Origin: Candidatus Bathyarchaeia archaeon
GTDB lineage: Archaea > Thermoproteota > Bathyarchaeia > Bathyarchaeales > Bathycorpusculaceae
NCBI GenBank assembly: GCA_050015395.1
Contig: JBEKBM010000013.1
Location: 1 to 64,000 of the forward strand
DNA length: 64,000 nt
Reading direction: 5' to 3'
Each line of letters begins with the position of its first letter. Positions within the stretch are counted from its first letter, which is position 1. The notes beneath the pieces were generated by a model. That model ran no database searches. It saw nothing but the letters and a program-made list of their open reading frames with translations, and had not been told where the DNA came from. Below are positions 30,082 to 40,237 of this stretch, in pieces. The position numbers were made by a program, and so were the translations under genes.

Positions 30082-30291
30082 ATGGAGACAGTTACAGTTT
30101 CAAAAAAGTACCAGGTTGTGATTCCAGAAAAGTTGCGCAAGAGTGCAGGAATTAAACCAGGCGACAAAATGGTTGCAATAACCAAACATGGAATCATCCA
30201 GTACATTCCCGTACGCCCACTAAAAGAAACTGAAGGATTTATCCCTGGACTTGACACCGAAAACCTCCGCGATGAGTCTGACAGAAATTGA
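30082..30291 (+). CDS. AbrB/MazE-family antitoxin
   Basis: VSKKYQVVIPEKLRK.AGIKPGD. Confidence 0.9.
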   Translation: METVTVSKKYQVVIPEKLRKSAGIKPGDKMVAITKHGIIQYIPVRPLKETEGFIPGLDTENLRDESDRN

Positions 30292-30659
30292 TTAGTGTAG
30301 ACAGCTCTGGTTGGATTGAACGGTTTACCAAGGGACCTAAGGCGCCACAGTACAACCAGGTAATTGAGTCAAGTCAGCCTAAGGAGATAGTCACTTCGGT
30401 TGTTGTACTTTATGAGGTTTACAAGAAGATAAAAAAGCTGAAGGGAGAGGAAGAAGCGCTACTGGCAGTTGCCGCCCTTAGTCAGACGACGATTGTGCCC
30501 ATTGACCCAACACTATCACTTGAGGCTGCAGATTTCAGTCTCGAAAATAATCTGCACTTCTCAGACGCTCTCGTTTACGCTACTGCGCGTCACTGGAAAG
30601 CTAAACTTTACACTAGCGATAACGATTTGCGACCACTAAAGGCGGTATGCTTTATCTAG
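30288..30659 (+). CDS. vapC: PIN-domain toxin VapC
   Basis: VDSSGWIE, YEVYK, DALVYATA and TSDND. Confidence 0.9.
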   Translation: MISVDSSGWIERFTKGPKAPQYNQVIESSQPKEIVTSVVVLYEVYKKIKKLKGEEEALLAVAALSQTTIVPIDPTLSLEAADFSLENNLHFSDALVYATARHWKAKLYTSDNDLRPLKAVCFI

Positions 30660-30987
30660 AATATGACTTGGCTTAATTCAAAATGTTCAGGTGATTTGGG
30701 AGGGCACGATACGAGTATTAAAAAGACGGGTAAATGGAAAAGAAAACAGTCAAAAAATAGTAAGAAAAGCTAAAGGGCGAACATGGGCTTACAGGACAAT
30801 AAAAGGAACCTTTGGCTATTACAGCGGGCACCCAATGACGGGCTTTCTCAAAAGAAGCACTCGAAAAAGAAATGACACCCATAATGGCAAGTTCATCTCA
30901 CACTTGCAAGAAAAAAGAAGCCAAGTAAATTTTGAAAAAATCAACACATGCGCAAAAACCGAGAACTTACTCCTACTACTGTATCGA

Positions 30988-31034
30988 CAAACTGTATATG
31001 CAAACTGTATATGTTTTTACCCCCTATAGGGGGT
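30988..31034. repeat. 13-bp tandem repeat followed by a 16-bp perfect palindrome
   Basis: CAAACTGTATATG x2 at 30988-31013; ACCCCCTATAGGGGGT at 31019-31034. Confidence 0.85.
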
Positions 31035-31256
31035 CTTGCGCACACACAGACAAATCAAAGGGCAAAAACCAATCCAAATCTCTGGTTCCTTCTTGCTTTT
31101 TTAATTTTTTCTTCAAGATAAGCGATTTTTGCTTGTTCAGACAATCCCATCACTCTCAGTATTAAATATGCCAATTTGCGTTTGTTTTTGCATTTTTTAG
31201 ATTGTATAATTGACATTGACATTTTTATCATTAGAAAAAAGAAAAATAGTTAATTC

Positions 31257-31571
31257 CTAAAATTCAGGTAAGCTGTCAAGGTTGTCTTTGGTTCTGGCGT
31301 CTTCATCCGTTCGGATGTATTTTGGTCCAGTTATAACACGAACTATTTGTCCTTTAGTCCATTGGTTGGGATTCGATGCATCTTTGAAAATCGTCATATA
31401 TGTAATCCCATTATCAATATTTTGAACAACAGTAAGTCTTGGTACTATTTGAACTGCAGTATCTATTGAGTCTCCTAAATCTTTATGAACCTCAACTGAG
31501 ACAATATGAGTTTTAGGCTCATTGTATCTTACTCTTGAAATTAAATAGTCAGCCCATTTTGTCTTTACCAT
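31257..31571 (-). CDS. DUF3892-domain protein
   Basis: WADYLISRVRYN...YIRTDED..TKDNLDSLPEF. Confidence 0.85.
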   Translation of the reverse strand: MVKTKWADYLISRVRYNEPKTHIVSVEVHKDLGDSIDTAVQIVPRLTVVQNIDNGITYMTIFKDASNPNQWTKGQIVRVITGPKYIRTDEDARTKDNLDSLPEF

Positions 31572-31940
31572 ATTTTTCACCTCTTTGTTAATTATTAGAA
31601 TCCTCTTTTACAGAAGTTGTATATCTAATTACTTGTGCATTATTCACTAGAGATTTTTGAAAGCAAAACACACTAGACGCAGACTTCACAGAACCTCTTT
31701 TTCATGTATACACGAAAAACACCGACAGAGGCTATGTAGTTTATCACGCCTTTTGTGGTCGTCCTTATGTGCTTGAGACGCTATAAAATAAAGCTCAAAT
31801 TAAGCTCCGTTAGAAAAAAATGCGCTACACACATACTAAAAGTCAGAGGGTGTCTCTATTTTCAAAAGAAAGCGGTAATTTTTCAGTACCGGACTATTTT
31901 TTTCCAATGAAGACTAAACATTTTAACCTCTTTCTATTCA

Positions 31941-33626
31941 ATGGTAAGGTGGGTCTCCTTGCCGAATAAAAATAAGCCTTGGTTCAATAAGTGGCCTTCA
32001 GACGTGCCAAAAACCATAAAGTACCCTGCCATATCACTGCAAGGGACTCTGCAGAAAACCGCTAAAAATTATCCAGCGAACGTTGCCCTAGCTTATGATG
32101 GGAAAGAAACTACTTATGCGCAGTTGGATTCGCTGTCCAACCAGTTTGCCCATGCTCTTGCTAAATTAGGCGTGGAAAAAGGCGATAGAGTAGCACTTTT
32201 TTTGCCGAACGTTCCTCAGTTCATAATCGCTTATTTCGGAATCCTCAAAGCAGGCGCGATTGTAACGGCGATAAGCCCGTTGCATCGGGAGCGTGAAGTT
32301 GAGTATCAACTGTGCGATTCAGAGGCTGAAACCATAATCGCTTTGAATTCTCTTTATGCCGTTGTGGGTAATGTTTGGGCTAAAACTAAGCTGAAAAACG
32401 TTATAGTTACAAGCTTAGATGAAGCATCAGAAACAGCTATTATCCCAAGCAAACCGAACCTGTTTGATTTTCAGAAGCTTCTAAAAGAAGCCCCAGAAAC
32501 CCCTCCCAAGGTCAAAATAAATCCAGAGAGGGATTTAGCGGCATTGCAGTACACGGGCGGCACCACAGGAACAGCCAAAGGAGCAATGCTAACACACGCC
32601 AACTTGGTTTCGAACGCGCTCGCTTTTGCCGCTTGGATAAAAGGTGCAACAGCAAAAGAAACCTTTCTAACAGCGTTGCCTCTGTTCCACATTTACGGCA
32701 TGACAACCAGCATGACTGTGCCCATCAGTTTAGCGGCAAAAATGGTTCTGATGCCAAGGTTTGAGCCAGCAAAAGCCTTAGAAGCCATCCAGAAGCATGG
32801 GGTTACGGTTTTTTGCGGTGTCCCAACCATGTACTCTGCCTTGTTATCTAACCCGGAGCTTGGCAAATACGACTTAACCTCGATTCGCGTGTGCATTTCT
32901 GGCGCTTCATCTTTGCCGCCGCAAATCCAAAAGAAATTCATGCAGATCACAGGCGGATTCCTAGCTGAAGGCTACGGGTTAACCGAGGCATCGCCAGTTA
33001 CCCACTGCAACCCCGTCGACAGCACAATGAGAACAGTGAAAGTTGGTTCAATCGGATTGCCCCTGCCAGACACTGAAGCGCGAATAGTCGATTTAGTTAC
33101 AGGCGAAAAAACGCTGACGCAAGGCGAGGCAGGCGAGCTGGCGGTGAAGGGACCGCAGGTCATGAAGGGTTACTGGCGCAGGCCTGAGGAAACCGCTTTG
33201 GTTCTGCGTGACGGATGGCTTCTCACAGGCGACATCGCACGCATAGATGAGGATGGCTACTTTTACATTACTGACCGCAAAAAAGACCTCATAAAATACA
33301 AGGACTACAGCGTTTACCCACGAGAACTCGAAGACGTCCTCTACGAGCATCCAGCCGTGAAGTTGTGCGCGGTCATCGGCAAACCAGATACTGCGGCAGG
33401 CGAAATTCCTAAGGCTTTCATAGTGCTCAAAGAAGGCACCGCTGCATCGGCAGAGGAAATCACGTCTTTCGTTAACGGTAAAGTTGCATCATACAAGTCA
33501 ATCCGAGAAGTTGAGTTCAGGAAAGAATTGCCTATCAGTTCAGCGGGCAAAGTTTTAAGGCGCCTGCTTCAAGAAGAAAAAGGAAAGCGGCTTGGGGCAG
33601 AAATTAGAAAATTGGGCAATTTTTAA
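31941..33626 (+). CDS. Long-chain fatty acid-CoA ligase (AMP-binding)
   Basis: YTGGTTGTAKG, EGYGLTE, TGD, DRKKD and SSAGK. Confidence 0.95.
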   Translation: MVRWVSLPNKNKPWFNKWPSDVPKTIKYPAISLQGTLQKTAKNYPANVALAYDGKETTYAQLDSLSNQFAHALAKLGVEKGDRVALFLPNVPQFIIAYFGILKAGAIVTAISPLHREREVEYQLCDSEAETIIALNSLYAVVGNVWAKTKLKNVIVTSLDEASETAIIPSKPNLFDFQKLLKEAPETPPKVKINPERDLAALQYTGGTTGTAKGAMLTHANLVSNALAFAAWIKGATAKETFLTALPLFHIYGMTTSMTVPISLAAKMVLMPRFEPAKALEAIQKHGVTVFCGVPTMYSALLSNPELGKYDLTSIRVCISGASSLPPQIQKKFMQITGGFLAEGYGLTEASPVTHCNPVDSTMRTVKVGSIGLPLPDTEARIVDLVTGEKTLTQGEAGELAVKGPQVMKGYWRRPEETALVLRDGWLLTGDIARIDEDGYFYITDRKKDLIKYKDYSVYPRELEDVLYEHPAVKLCAVIGKPDTAAGEIPKAFIVLKEGTAASAEEITSFVNGKVASYKSIREVEFRKELPISSAGKVLRRLLQEEKGKRLGAEIRKLGNF

Positions 33627-33665
33627 ATTTAAGGGATTACTATTGTAATCTGTCAGTGAATTATT

Positions 33666-33914
33666 ATGTCTGTGGTAGAAATCGACGAGAGAGGCAGAAT
33701 GACTATCCCCAAAAAGATAGGCATCAAAAAATCCAGAGCAATAGTCATACCTGCAGGCTCCTTTTTTATTACCATACCCCTTTCAAAAGCGCCAGAAAAA
33801 GAAGCAGAAAAATGGTTACCTACCAGTAAAGAAAGAAAAGAATTAAAAATTGAAGCTGAGAAACTTGCCAAAGAAGACGCCGTAAACAGGGCAAAAAGGC
33901 GACACCAGATTTGA
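33666..33914 (+). CDS. AbrB-like VapB antitoxin
   Basis: IDERGRMTIPK; overlaps the PIN gene. Confidence 0.82.
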   Translation: MSVVEIDERGRMTIPKKIGIKKSRAIVIPAGSFFITIPLSKAPEKEAEKWLPTSKERKELKIEAEKLAKEDAVNRAKRRHQI

Positions 33915-34327
33915 TGATTGAAACAGACATGTTATATGCCTATGTAAAGAAAGAGGACTGGTTAAAAGAGACCGCAAACAATATCATATCAAGGATAATA
34001 AAAGGAGAATTTGGGCAAGTCTACGTTTCAAGAGAAAGCCTTCATGAAATATATTATGTTTCAAAAGAAGAAGGCGTCTCAAACGATGAATTAATCAACA
34101 GAGGCGCCACTTTGACAGCCATCCAAAACCTTACTTTTCTCGAAACCACCTATGAAATCGACCTGTTAGCATTAGTATTAATACGACAGTACGGATTCAC
34201 CTCTATTTTTGATGCTTATTATGCAGCTACAGCACTCAACCAAGTAGAGGATCACACAATAATCTCAACAGACAAAGCTTTCGACTGCATCCCGGGGTTA
34301 ATAAGAATAGATCCACGGCAAATTTGA
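33911..34327 (+). CDS. vapC: PIN-domain toxin
   Basis: IETDMLYA, LHEIY, FDAYYAATA and ISTDKAFD. Confidence 0.88.
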   Translation: MMIETDMLYAYVKKEDWLKETANNIISRIIKGEFGQVYVSRESLHEIYYVSKEEGVSNDELINRGATLTAIQNLTFLETTYEIDLLALVLIRQYGFTSIFDAYYAATALNQVEDHTIISTDKAFDCIPGLIRIDPRQI

Positions 34328-34564
34328 TCGAAAAAACACACTCGCCGTCTACCTCCTATTAGCATATATGCTTTGTAGAAACGTGTAAGAGAAAAAACAT
34401 GTTTATCAAACAGCGAAGGCTTCAGCCTTTGCGCGTAAAAATCCACGTGACCGGCATTGTTTAAGCCGTCGGTTTTCGCCCATTCATCTACCATATAGCC
34501 ACAAATAACGGTTTGCCAGGATACCTCCGCAACAGGCGCGATGCCGGAGTAGAAATTCTCTTGA

Positions 34565-34704
34565 AAGGCACCGCTACATCAGCAGAGGAAATCGTCTCTT
34601 TCGTTAACGGTAAAGTTGCATTATACAAGGCAATTTGAGAAGTGGAATTCAGAAAAGACTTGCCTCTCAGTTCTGCAGGAAAAGTCCTAAGAAGAATGCT
34701 TTAA
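34565..34704 (+). pseudogene. Diverged duplicate of the acyl-CoA ligase 3' end (matches 33433-33569)
   Basis: GTATSAEEIVSFVNGKVALYKAI*EVEFRKDLPLSSAGKVLRRML*. Confidence 0.9.
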
Positions 34705-34738
34705 AAAAAAAGAAAAAAGGGTTGTTGGCTCGCTTAAG

Positions 34739-35593
34739 TTATGGACCAGCGTTTGCCCACGTGATTGAGAAGCTTGTTCCATCCGAAGACGGCGCTAATG
34801 ATGGTAAAGCTTTGGTTACGCCTTTGCTGGTTACCATTGTTATCCGTTGAACCGCTGAACCGAAAGAACCGAGTGGCCCATTGACTCCACTTACCGTAGC
34901 ATAGCAAGTTCCCGTAACAGCCGTATTGTCCAAACCATAGTTTACTGTGCCGAAGTTTGCCAGTGGCAATAATCCTCGAGATGACGAAGGCGCCTCCGCA
35001 ATACACTCCGCCGAAGATCTCGCAGCGTTATCAACGGTTCCTGTCGTGGTATAAGATTTGCCTGTAGTTACGTCAGTAATGGTGGCGGTGAATGTGCTGA
35101 TGCTTTGCCTGCTGACAAAGCCCCTGCCAGAACCGCTTGAGCTGCCTGTGTATGTTACACTTGCTGATATTGTGTTGCCCGGCTTAATTGATAGCGAAGT
35201 AATTTGGTACATCGGACTTGGATAGAACTCAAACCAAGCGTAGTATGATACAGTCGTACCTATAATTTGAGCCATTGTGCCCACCTGCTCGACAGTGCTC
35301 GAACTGAAACCGTCAATACCCACCCAGAATGCCGAGTAATACGTAGTAGTTCCGCTAGCCCCAGAACTGACTGCAGGAACCTTCCATGAACCGTAAGCAG
35401 AAGTCACCGAACCACTTGAGCCCGTCACCGCATACCCGCTCCAGTTAGTACTTAACCAACTGCTACCACTTGAACGCGCTACAACCATGCCTGGCGCCAT
35501 TATTGGACTCGTGAGAGCAAATGCTTGGCTGAAAACGGCTAAAAGCATAAGCAAACCAACGAAAAGTACAGACAATTTATTTACTGCTTTCAT
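34739..35593 (-). CDS. Secreted glutamic peptidase, family G1 (eqolisin)
   Basis: Signal peptide; STNWSGY, WVGIDG, EQVGT, YAWFE and SAECIAEAP. Confidence 0.88.
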   Translation of the reverse strand: MKAVNKLSVLFVGLLMLLAVFSQAFALTSPIMAPGMVVARSSGSSWLSTNWSGYAVTGSSGSVTSAYGSWKVPAVSSGASGTTTYYSAFWVGIDGFSSSTVEQVGTMAQIIGTTVSYYAWFEFYPSPMYQITSLSIKPGNTISASVTYTGSSSGSGRGFVSRQSISTFTATITDVTTGKSYTTTGTVDNAARSSAECIAEAPSSSRGLLPLANFGTVNYGLDNTAVTGTCYATVSGVNGPLGSFGSAVQRITMVTSKGVTKALPSLAPSSDGTSFSITWANAGP

Positions 35594-35865
35594 GCAAAAC
35601 GACCTTTTGAGGATTAAATTCTCTGGAATGTAATCCGTTAATATGGTTAACTCAGCGTAGAATTAAAAGATTTTCTATTTATGGCGCAATCGCTAAATTG
35701 ACGCTTTAGCGAGCTTGCGCAGTCATTTTACCCCATTTTATCAGTTATTAAACTTGGCAATTAGCTTCTTCTCCGCTTATATTCAATTAAGTAAATGATT
35801 GATTTTTGAAAACCTTCTTATGCCAATGTTACAACTGTTTTGCATAAAAAGGGAGGGGAAACGCG

Positions 35866-37110
35866 GTTAACGTCTCGTCTACAAAACGCGAGATTATTAT
35901 TTTAGCCGTCTTGCTTTTTGTTTCCTTCCTAGTTAGGGTTCTCTTGTTTCCACTGCAAGGGTACCCGGTTGACACGGGAGATTTTATTTCCTGGATTAAC
36001 ACCGCTACTCAACATGGCATAAGACCTTTCTACAATGTTGCAGGATTTATCGATTATCCGCCCTTCAACATTTACATTTTCTGGGCATTCGGCTCCTTCG
36101 CAAAGGCAGTTGGCATTAGCACAGCAAATATCGTTAAGTTGGCTCCTAACCTTTTCGATTTAGCAACTGCACTGCTAATTTACGTTTTTGTCAGAAAACA
36201 AGCAAGTTTCAAATCCGCTCTGCTGGCGACGTCGCTCTATACTTTTAACCCGGCTGTAATTTATAACACGGCAGTATGGGGCCAATTTGACGCAGTTTAC
36301 ACCTTCTTCCTTATACTTTCGCTTATGCTTGCGCTTAAATCTAAACCTAAACTTGCCGCGGCAGCCTTCGCAATAGGGCTTTTAACTAAGCCGCAGGGAA
36401 TAGTTTTAGCTCCTCTGGTTGCTTTCTTGATTTATAAGAAAAACGGCTTGAAAAATCTGCTATTTTCTACGCTCGTGTTTGCTGGGACGGTTTTCTTGGT
36501 TATTCTTCCTTTCCAATGGAGTAATCCAGTGACTTTCTTGAGTCACATCTACTTTGGAGCCTATGGTGAATACGCCGTAACTTCGGTAAACGCTTTTAAC
36601 CTGTGGGGTTTGTATGGCTTATGGATACCTGACGGAACCCTCTATATCGTGGGTTGGGCATTATTTGGGGCTTTCGCCGTTTTCACTTTGTACTTTTTGT
36701 ATAAACGGTTTCATGCTTCAGATGAGTTTCTGGCAATTTTCGGGGCATTCATGCTCTTCTTTGCGTTTTTCATGCTTCCAACCAGGATTCACGAGCGGTA
36801 CCTGTTTCCAGCCATAAGCGTTTTGGCACTGATGTTTCCGTTCCTCAAAAGGACCCGCCCTCTATATGCTGTTTTGACAGCAACTCTTCTAATCAATCAA
36901 GCCTACGTTCTCTATTGGCTTAATGCCTATTATCCTAATGCTGGTCCCAATTTAACTGGAGACCCCGTGGTTCTAGCAGTAAGCGCTATTAATTTATTAA
37001 TGTTCCTTTATGCTTCAATATTAATATGGAATGAACTGAGAGGACACGGAGGGCTCAAAACTGAACCCGCCACGTTAAGCCAAAGTCAAGAGAGAGGTGA
37101 ACCAAAATGA
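35866..37110 (+). CDS. GT-C fold glycosyltransferase (GT87/mannosyltransferase-like); start uncertain
   Basis: DYPP, NPAVIYNTAVWGQFD, KPQG, SVNAFNLW and HERY. Confidence 0.85.
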   Translation, partial: VNVSSTKREIIILAVLLFVSFLVRVLLFPLQGYPVDTGDFISWINTATQHGIRPFYNVAGFIDYPPFNIYIFWAFGSFAKAVGISTANIVKLAPNLFDLATALLIYVFVRKQASFKSALLATSLYTFNPAVIYNTAVWGQFDAVYTFFLILSLMLALKSKPKLAAAAFAIGLLTKPQGIVLAPLVAFLIYKKNGLKNLLFSTLVFAGTVFLVILPFQWSNPVTFLSHIYFGAYGEYAVTSVNAFNLWGLYGLWIPDGTLYIVGWALFGAFAVFTLYFLYKRFHASDEFLAIFGAFMLFFAFFMLPTRIHERYLFPAISVLALMFPFLKRTRPLYAVLTATLLINQAYVLYWLNAYYPNAGPNLTGDPVVLAVSAINLLMFLYASILIWNELRGHGGLKTEPATLSQSQERGEPK

Positions 37111-38870
37111 ACTTTGGATCGCAAATCAACAAAAAAGACTTGATAACTATTGTTTTACTTTCAATAGTTTTCTTCTCCATAGCCGCATGGAATTTTGGCT
37201 TAACCCAAACGCCCACGACCACAGCTACGCTTACGGCTGGACAAAGCTTCTATGTTGACCTTGGCGCTTCAACCAATGTTAAATCAATGGTTGTTCTGCT
37301 AGATGTTGGCGCATTTAACTTCACCGTATCTACAGGTTCACCAGGTAACTGGACAGAAGTAACCAATGTTGCTTGGCCCTATTCAAATTCAGTGTGGTCG
37401 GAGAATTATTACGTTTGGGATGAAATACCTGTTGGACAAACTACACAGTATTTGAAAGTTGACGTTGGCCCAGCAGGCTTTGAAACGGTAATAGCGCAAA
37501 TAGCAGTTATAGATCAAAATAACCAGCAAGTCGATATTCAATCAATAACAAATGTTGGCGCTGGGATCCCAGACCTGCATAATCTTATCGATGAGCAAAA
37601 CCTGGTTCAGTACCCCTCGACTTACATGCAGAACACCTATTTTGACGAAATATATTTTGTCAGAACAGCAGAGCAATACTTGCATTTGCAATTGCCATAC
37701 GAGTGGACGCATCCGCCGCTTGGGAAACTAATCCAAGCCTCAGGCATCCTAATTTTCGGTTTCAACCCGTTCGGATGGCGAATAATGGGCGTCATCTTCG
37801 CCACACTTATGATTCCGCTCATTTACCTGTTAGGCAAAAAGCTGTTCGGCACATGGATTGGCGGTTTCACATCAGCGTTTTTGTTAACCTTTGACTTCAT
37901 GCATTTCACCATGGCGCGAATGGGTACAGCCGACACTTACGTAGTCTTCTTTTCGCTGGCTTCGCAACTTTTCTTTTTGATTTACCTAAAAAATGTTCTC
38001 GATAAAGGCTGGAAAACCAGCATTGTACCCTTATTTTTAGCTATTTTCTTTTTCTCGTTAGGTTTTTCCACAAAGTGGCTTGTTCTATTCGGTTTTCTAG
38101 GGCAATTGGCTATTCTTGCGTCAATTCGGCTTAGTGAAGTTAAAAAGTTGAAAGGCAATTTAACGGCAAAGTTTTATGTTTTACTTGACCGCCCGTATTC
38201 TGAAATTGTTGGTTTCCTGTTACTTGGGATTTTAATTTACTTTATAATTTACATTCCAGACATGCTTGCTGGCAGGTCATTTCTTGGTGTTTTAAACCTG
38301 CAAGATCAAATGTACATTTACCAATCAACCTTGAAGGCAACACATCCTTTTGCGTCTCCATGGTACAGTTGGCCTTTGATGTTTGACCCCTTCAATGCTG
38401 GAACGCATGTTCCACTTTGGCTTGAAGTAGCATATTTACCCAACGGCACTGAATCAACTATTGTTTTGCTGGGTAATCCGGCTGTTTGGTGGCTTGGCTT
38501 TGCCGCCATAATCGGATTGACAGTTTTCACCGTGCCAAAGATTCTTAAGAAACGGTTTAGCTTTAGCCTGAAAAAGAACTTGCCCGCCATATTTATCATT
38601 GTAATTTTCTTTTTCCAGTGGCTACCCTACATTTTTATTTCCCGAATAACCTTCATCTATCATTTCTACGTGAACGTGCCATTCCTCTGTTTAGGCTCAG
38701 CCTTTATAGTAAACAAGTATTGGAACTACAAATGGGGAAAAATGTTAGCAATAGCTTACTTTGCGCTTGTTGTGGCATTATTCGTTCTTTTCTACCCAGT
38801 TATTTCAGGCATACCCACATCAACCTCATTTATTAACAGTTTGCATTGGTTCAAAAGCTGGGTGTTCTAA
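37107..38870 (+). CDS. Dolichyl-phosphate-mannose protein O-mannosyltransferase (GT39)
   Basis: YFDEIYF, THPPLGK, FGWR, HPFASPWYSWP and GNPAVWW. Confidence 0.9.
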   Translation: MNFGSQINKKDLITIVLLSIVFFSIAAWNFGLTQTPTTTATLTAGQSFYVDLGASTNVKSMVVLLDVGAFNFTVSTGSPGNWTEVTNVAWPYSNSVWSENYYVWDEIPVGQTTQYLKVDVGPAGFETVIAQIAVIDQNNQQVDIQSITNVGAGIPDLHNLIDEQNLVQYPSTYMQNTYFDEIYFVRTAEQYLHLQLPYEWTHPPLGKLIQASGILIFGFNPFGWRIMGVIFATLMIPLIYLLGKKLFGTWIGGFTSAFLLTFDFMHFTMARMGTADTYVVFFSLASQLFFLIYLKNVLDKGWKTSIVPLFLAIFFFSLGFSTKWLVLFGFLGQLAILASIRLSEVKKLKGNLTAKFYVLLDRPYSEIVGFLLLGILIYFIIYIPDMLAGRSFLGVLNLQDQMYIYQSTLKATHPFASPWYSWPLMFDPFNAGTHVPLWLEVAYLPNGTESTIVLLGNPAVWWLGFAAIIGLTVFTVPKILKKRFSFSLKKNLPAIFIIVIFFFQWLPYIFISRITFIYHFYVNVPFLCLGSAFIVNKYWNYKWGKMLAIAYFALVVALFVLFYPVISGIPTSTSFINSLHWFKSWVF

Positions 38871-38872
38871 AA

Positions 38873-39619
38873 ATGGAGAAAGAAACCGCTCCGAACAACA
38901 AAGCGATGGTTTCACTCGTTCTTCCAGCTTACAATGAAGCAGACAAACTGGAAGGCGCCGTAACGAAAATAAGCCAAGCCCTAAAAGAAACGGGGTATCG
39001 CTATGAGATTATTATTGCTGAAGACGGCAGCACCGACGGCACCGCCGAACAAGCTGAAGAGCTAGCGCAAAAATTCCCGTACGTTAAGCACATTCACCGT
39101 GAAAAGCGTCTAGGAAGGGGAACCGCACTTAACAATGCGTTTAGGCAGTGCAGCGGCGAAGTTTTGGTTTATATGGATTTGGACTTAGCTACAGACCTCA
39201 AATCTCTTAAGCCTCTTGTTGAAGCCATCACTGTTGAAGGCTACGACTTATCAACTGGTTCAAGGATGCTGCCTGAAAGTAAGGTTGAACGGACCTTTAG
39301 CAGAAGTATTAGCTCAAAAAGTTACAACTTTCTCGTTCGGCACATGCTCGGCTCCAAAGTCAGGGATCACCAGTGTGGTTTCAAAGCCTTCAAGAGAGAA
39401 CCGCTTATGCAGTTACTTGGCGAGGTAGAGGCGACTCATTGGTTTTGGGATACAGAGATAATTGTAAGAGCATATCGTCATGGCTATAGGGTAAAAGAGA
39501 TTCCAGTAGAATGGAAAAGCGGTAAGGACACAAAGGTTAACCTCTTTAAAGATTCATCAAGCATGTTTTGGCAGATAATGAAGCTGTGGTGGAAGCTCAA
39601 AATAAAGCGTAAGGGCTAA
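38873..39619 (+). CDS. GT2 polyprenol-phosphate glycosyltransferase (DPM1/ALG5-like)
   Basis: PAYNE, EDGSTD, DLDL, GSR and DHQCGFKAF. Confidence 0.9.
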   Translation: MEKETAPNNKAMVSLVLPAYNEADKLEGAVTKISQALKETGYRYEIIIAEDGSTDGTAEQAEELAQKFPYVKHIHREKRLGRGTALNNAFRQCSGEVLVYMDLDLATDLKSLKPLVEAITVEGYDLSTGSRMLPESKVERTFSRSISSKSYNFLVRHMLGSKVRDHQCGFKAFKREPLMQLLGEVEATHWFWDTEIIVRAYRHGYRVKEIPVEWKSGKDTKVNLFKDSSSMFWQIMKLWWKLKIKRKG

Positions 39620-40110
39620 CTGTGTCGTCCAGCTAAAAGAACAAACGCTCTAGCAACCAGCGATAAACCGGCAATTAGAATTATTCCAGCCCAAAAGACA
39701 AACCACTCGCTCATTATTGTCATGTTAACAAGGTAGGTAATTACTAAGTAGCTTGTTCCAAGCCCGAAAACAATGTTTTCAATAGTTTCAGCTTTTCTTG
39801 GAAGGGGCGAATGCAGCACAATCCTGAGCGCTAATATTCCGATTTCTAAAATGCCTATGCCCAGAAAAAACTGGAAAACAGCAATGTAGAGCACTGTGTA
39901 AGCAGCTGGATATGCAGGCGCAGGCAAAGAAATACTAGTGCCTGGAACTTGAGTGAGAACAAAAGAGCCGATAAAATTAACAAAGCTATTCCAAATGTTG
40001 TTGGGAAGATTGATGAAGTAAATCACGGCAAGCAGAATAAAAATAAATCCTATAAATACAGCAGTAATCAAGGCTTCTTTTTTCTTATCAGTTAACGCCT
40101 GCAGGTTCAA
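39616..40110 (-). CDS. Hypothetical membrane protein
   Basis: Four hydrophobic helices. Confidence 0.75.
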   Translation of the reverse strand: MNLQALTDKKKEALITAVFIGFIFILLAVIYFINLPNNIWNSFVNFIGSFVLTQVPGTSISLPAPAYPAAYTVLYIAVFQFFLGIGILEIGILALRIVLHSPLPRKAETIENIVFGLGTSYLVITYLVNMTIMSEWFVFWAGIILIAGLSLVARAFVLLAGRHS

Positions 40111-40237
40111 TGTTAATTAAGCCCCTTTTGGCTCCATGCGAGTATGGAGCTTGAGCACATATATCTTTCTCTTTAAGCAAATAAGTGCATGTTTTAAATA
40201 CTGTGAGATGATAACAGGTAAAGCTAGGAGAATTCGC

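Larger units (their letters stand above)
22690..31900. mobile_element. tRNA-Met-adjacent genomic island (boundaries approximate)
   Basis: TA modules, transposase remnant, orphan ORFs and decayed fragments between the tRNA and the acyl-CoA ligase; no integrase or att repeat seen. Confidence 0.6.

Noticed and set aside
30691-31165. Two overlapping plus-strand ORFs
   Set aside because: They run through the repeat and palindrome with no motif; likely read-through of remnants
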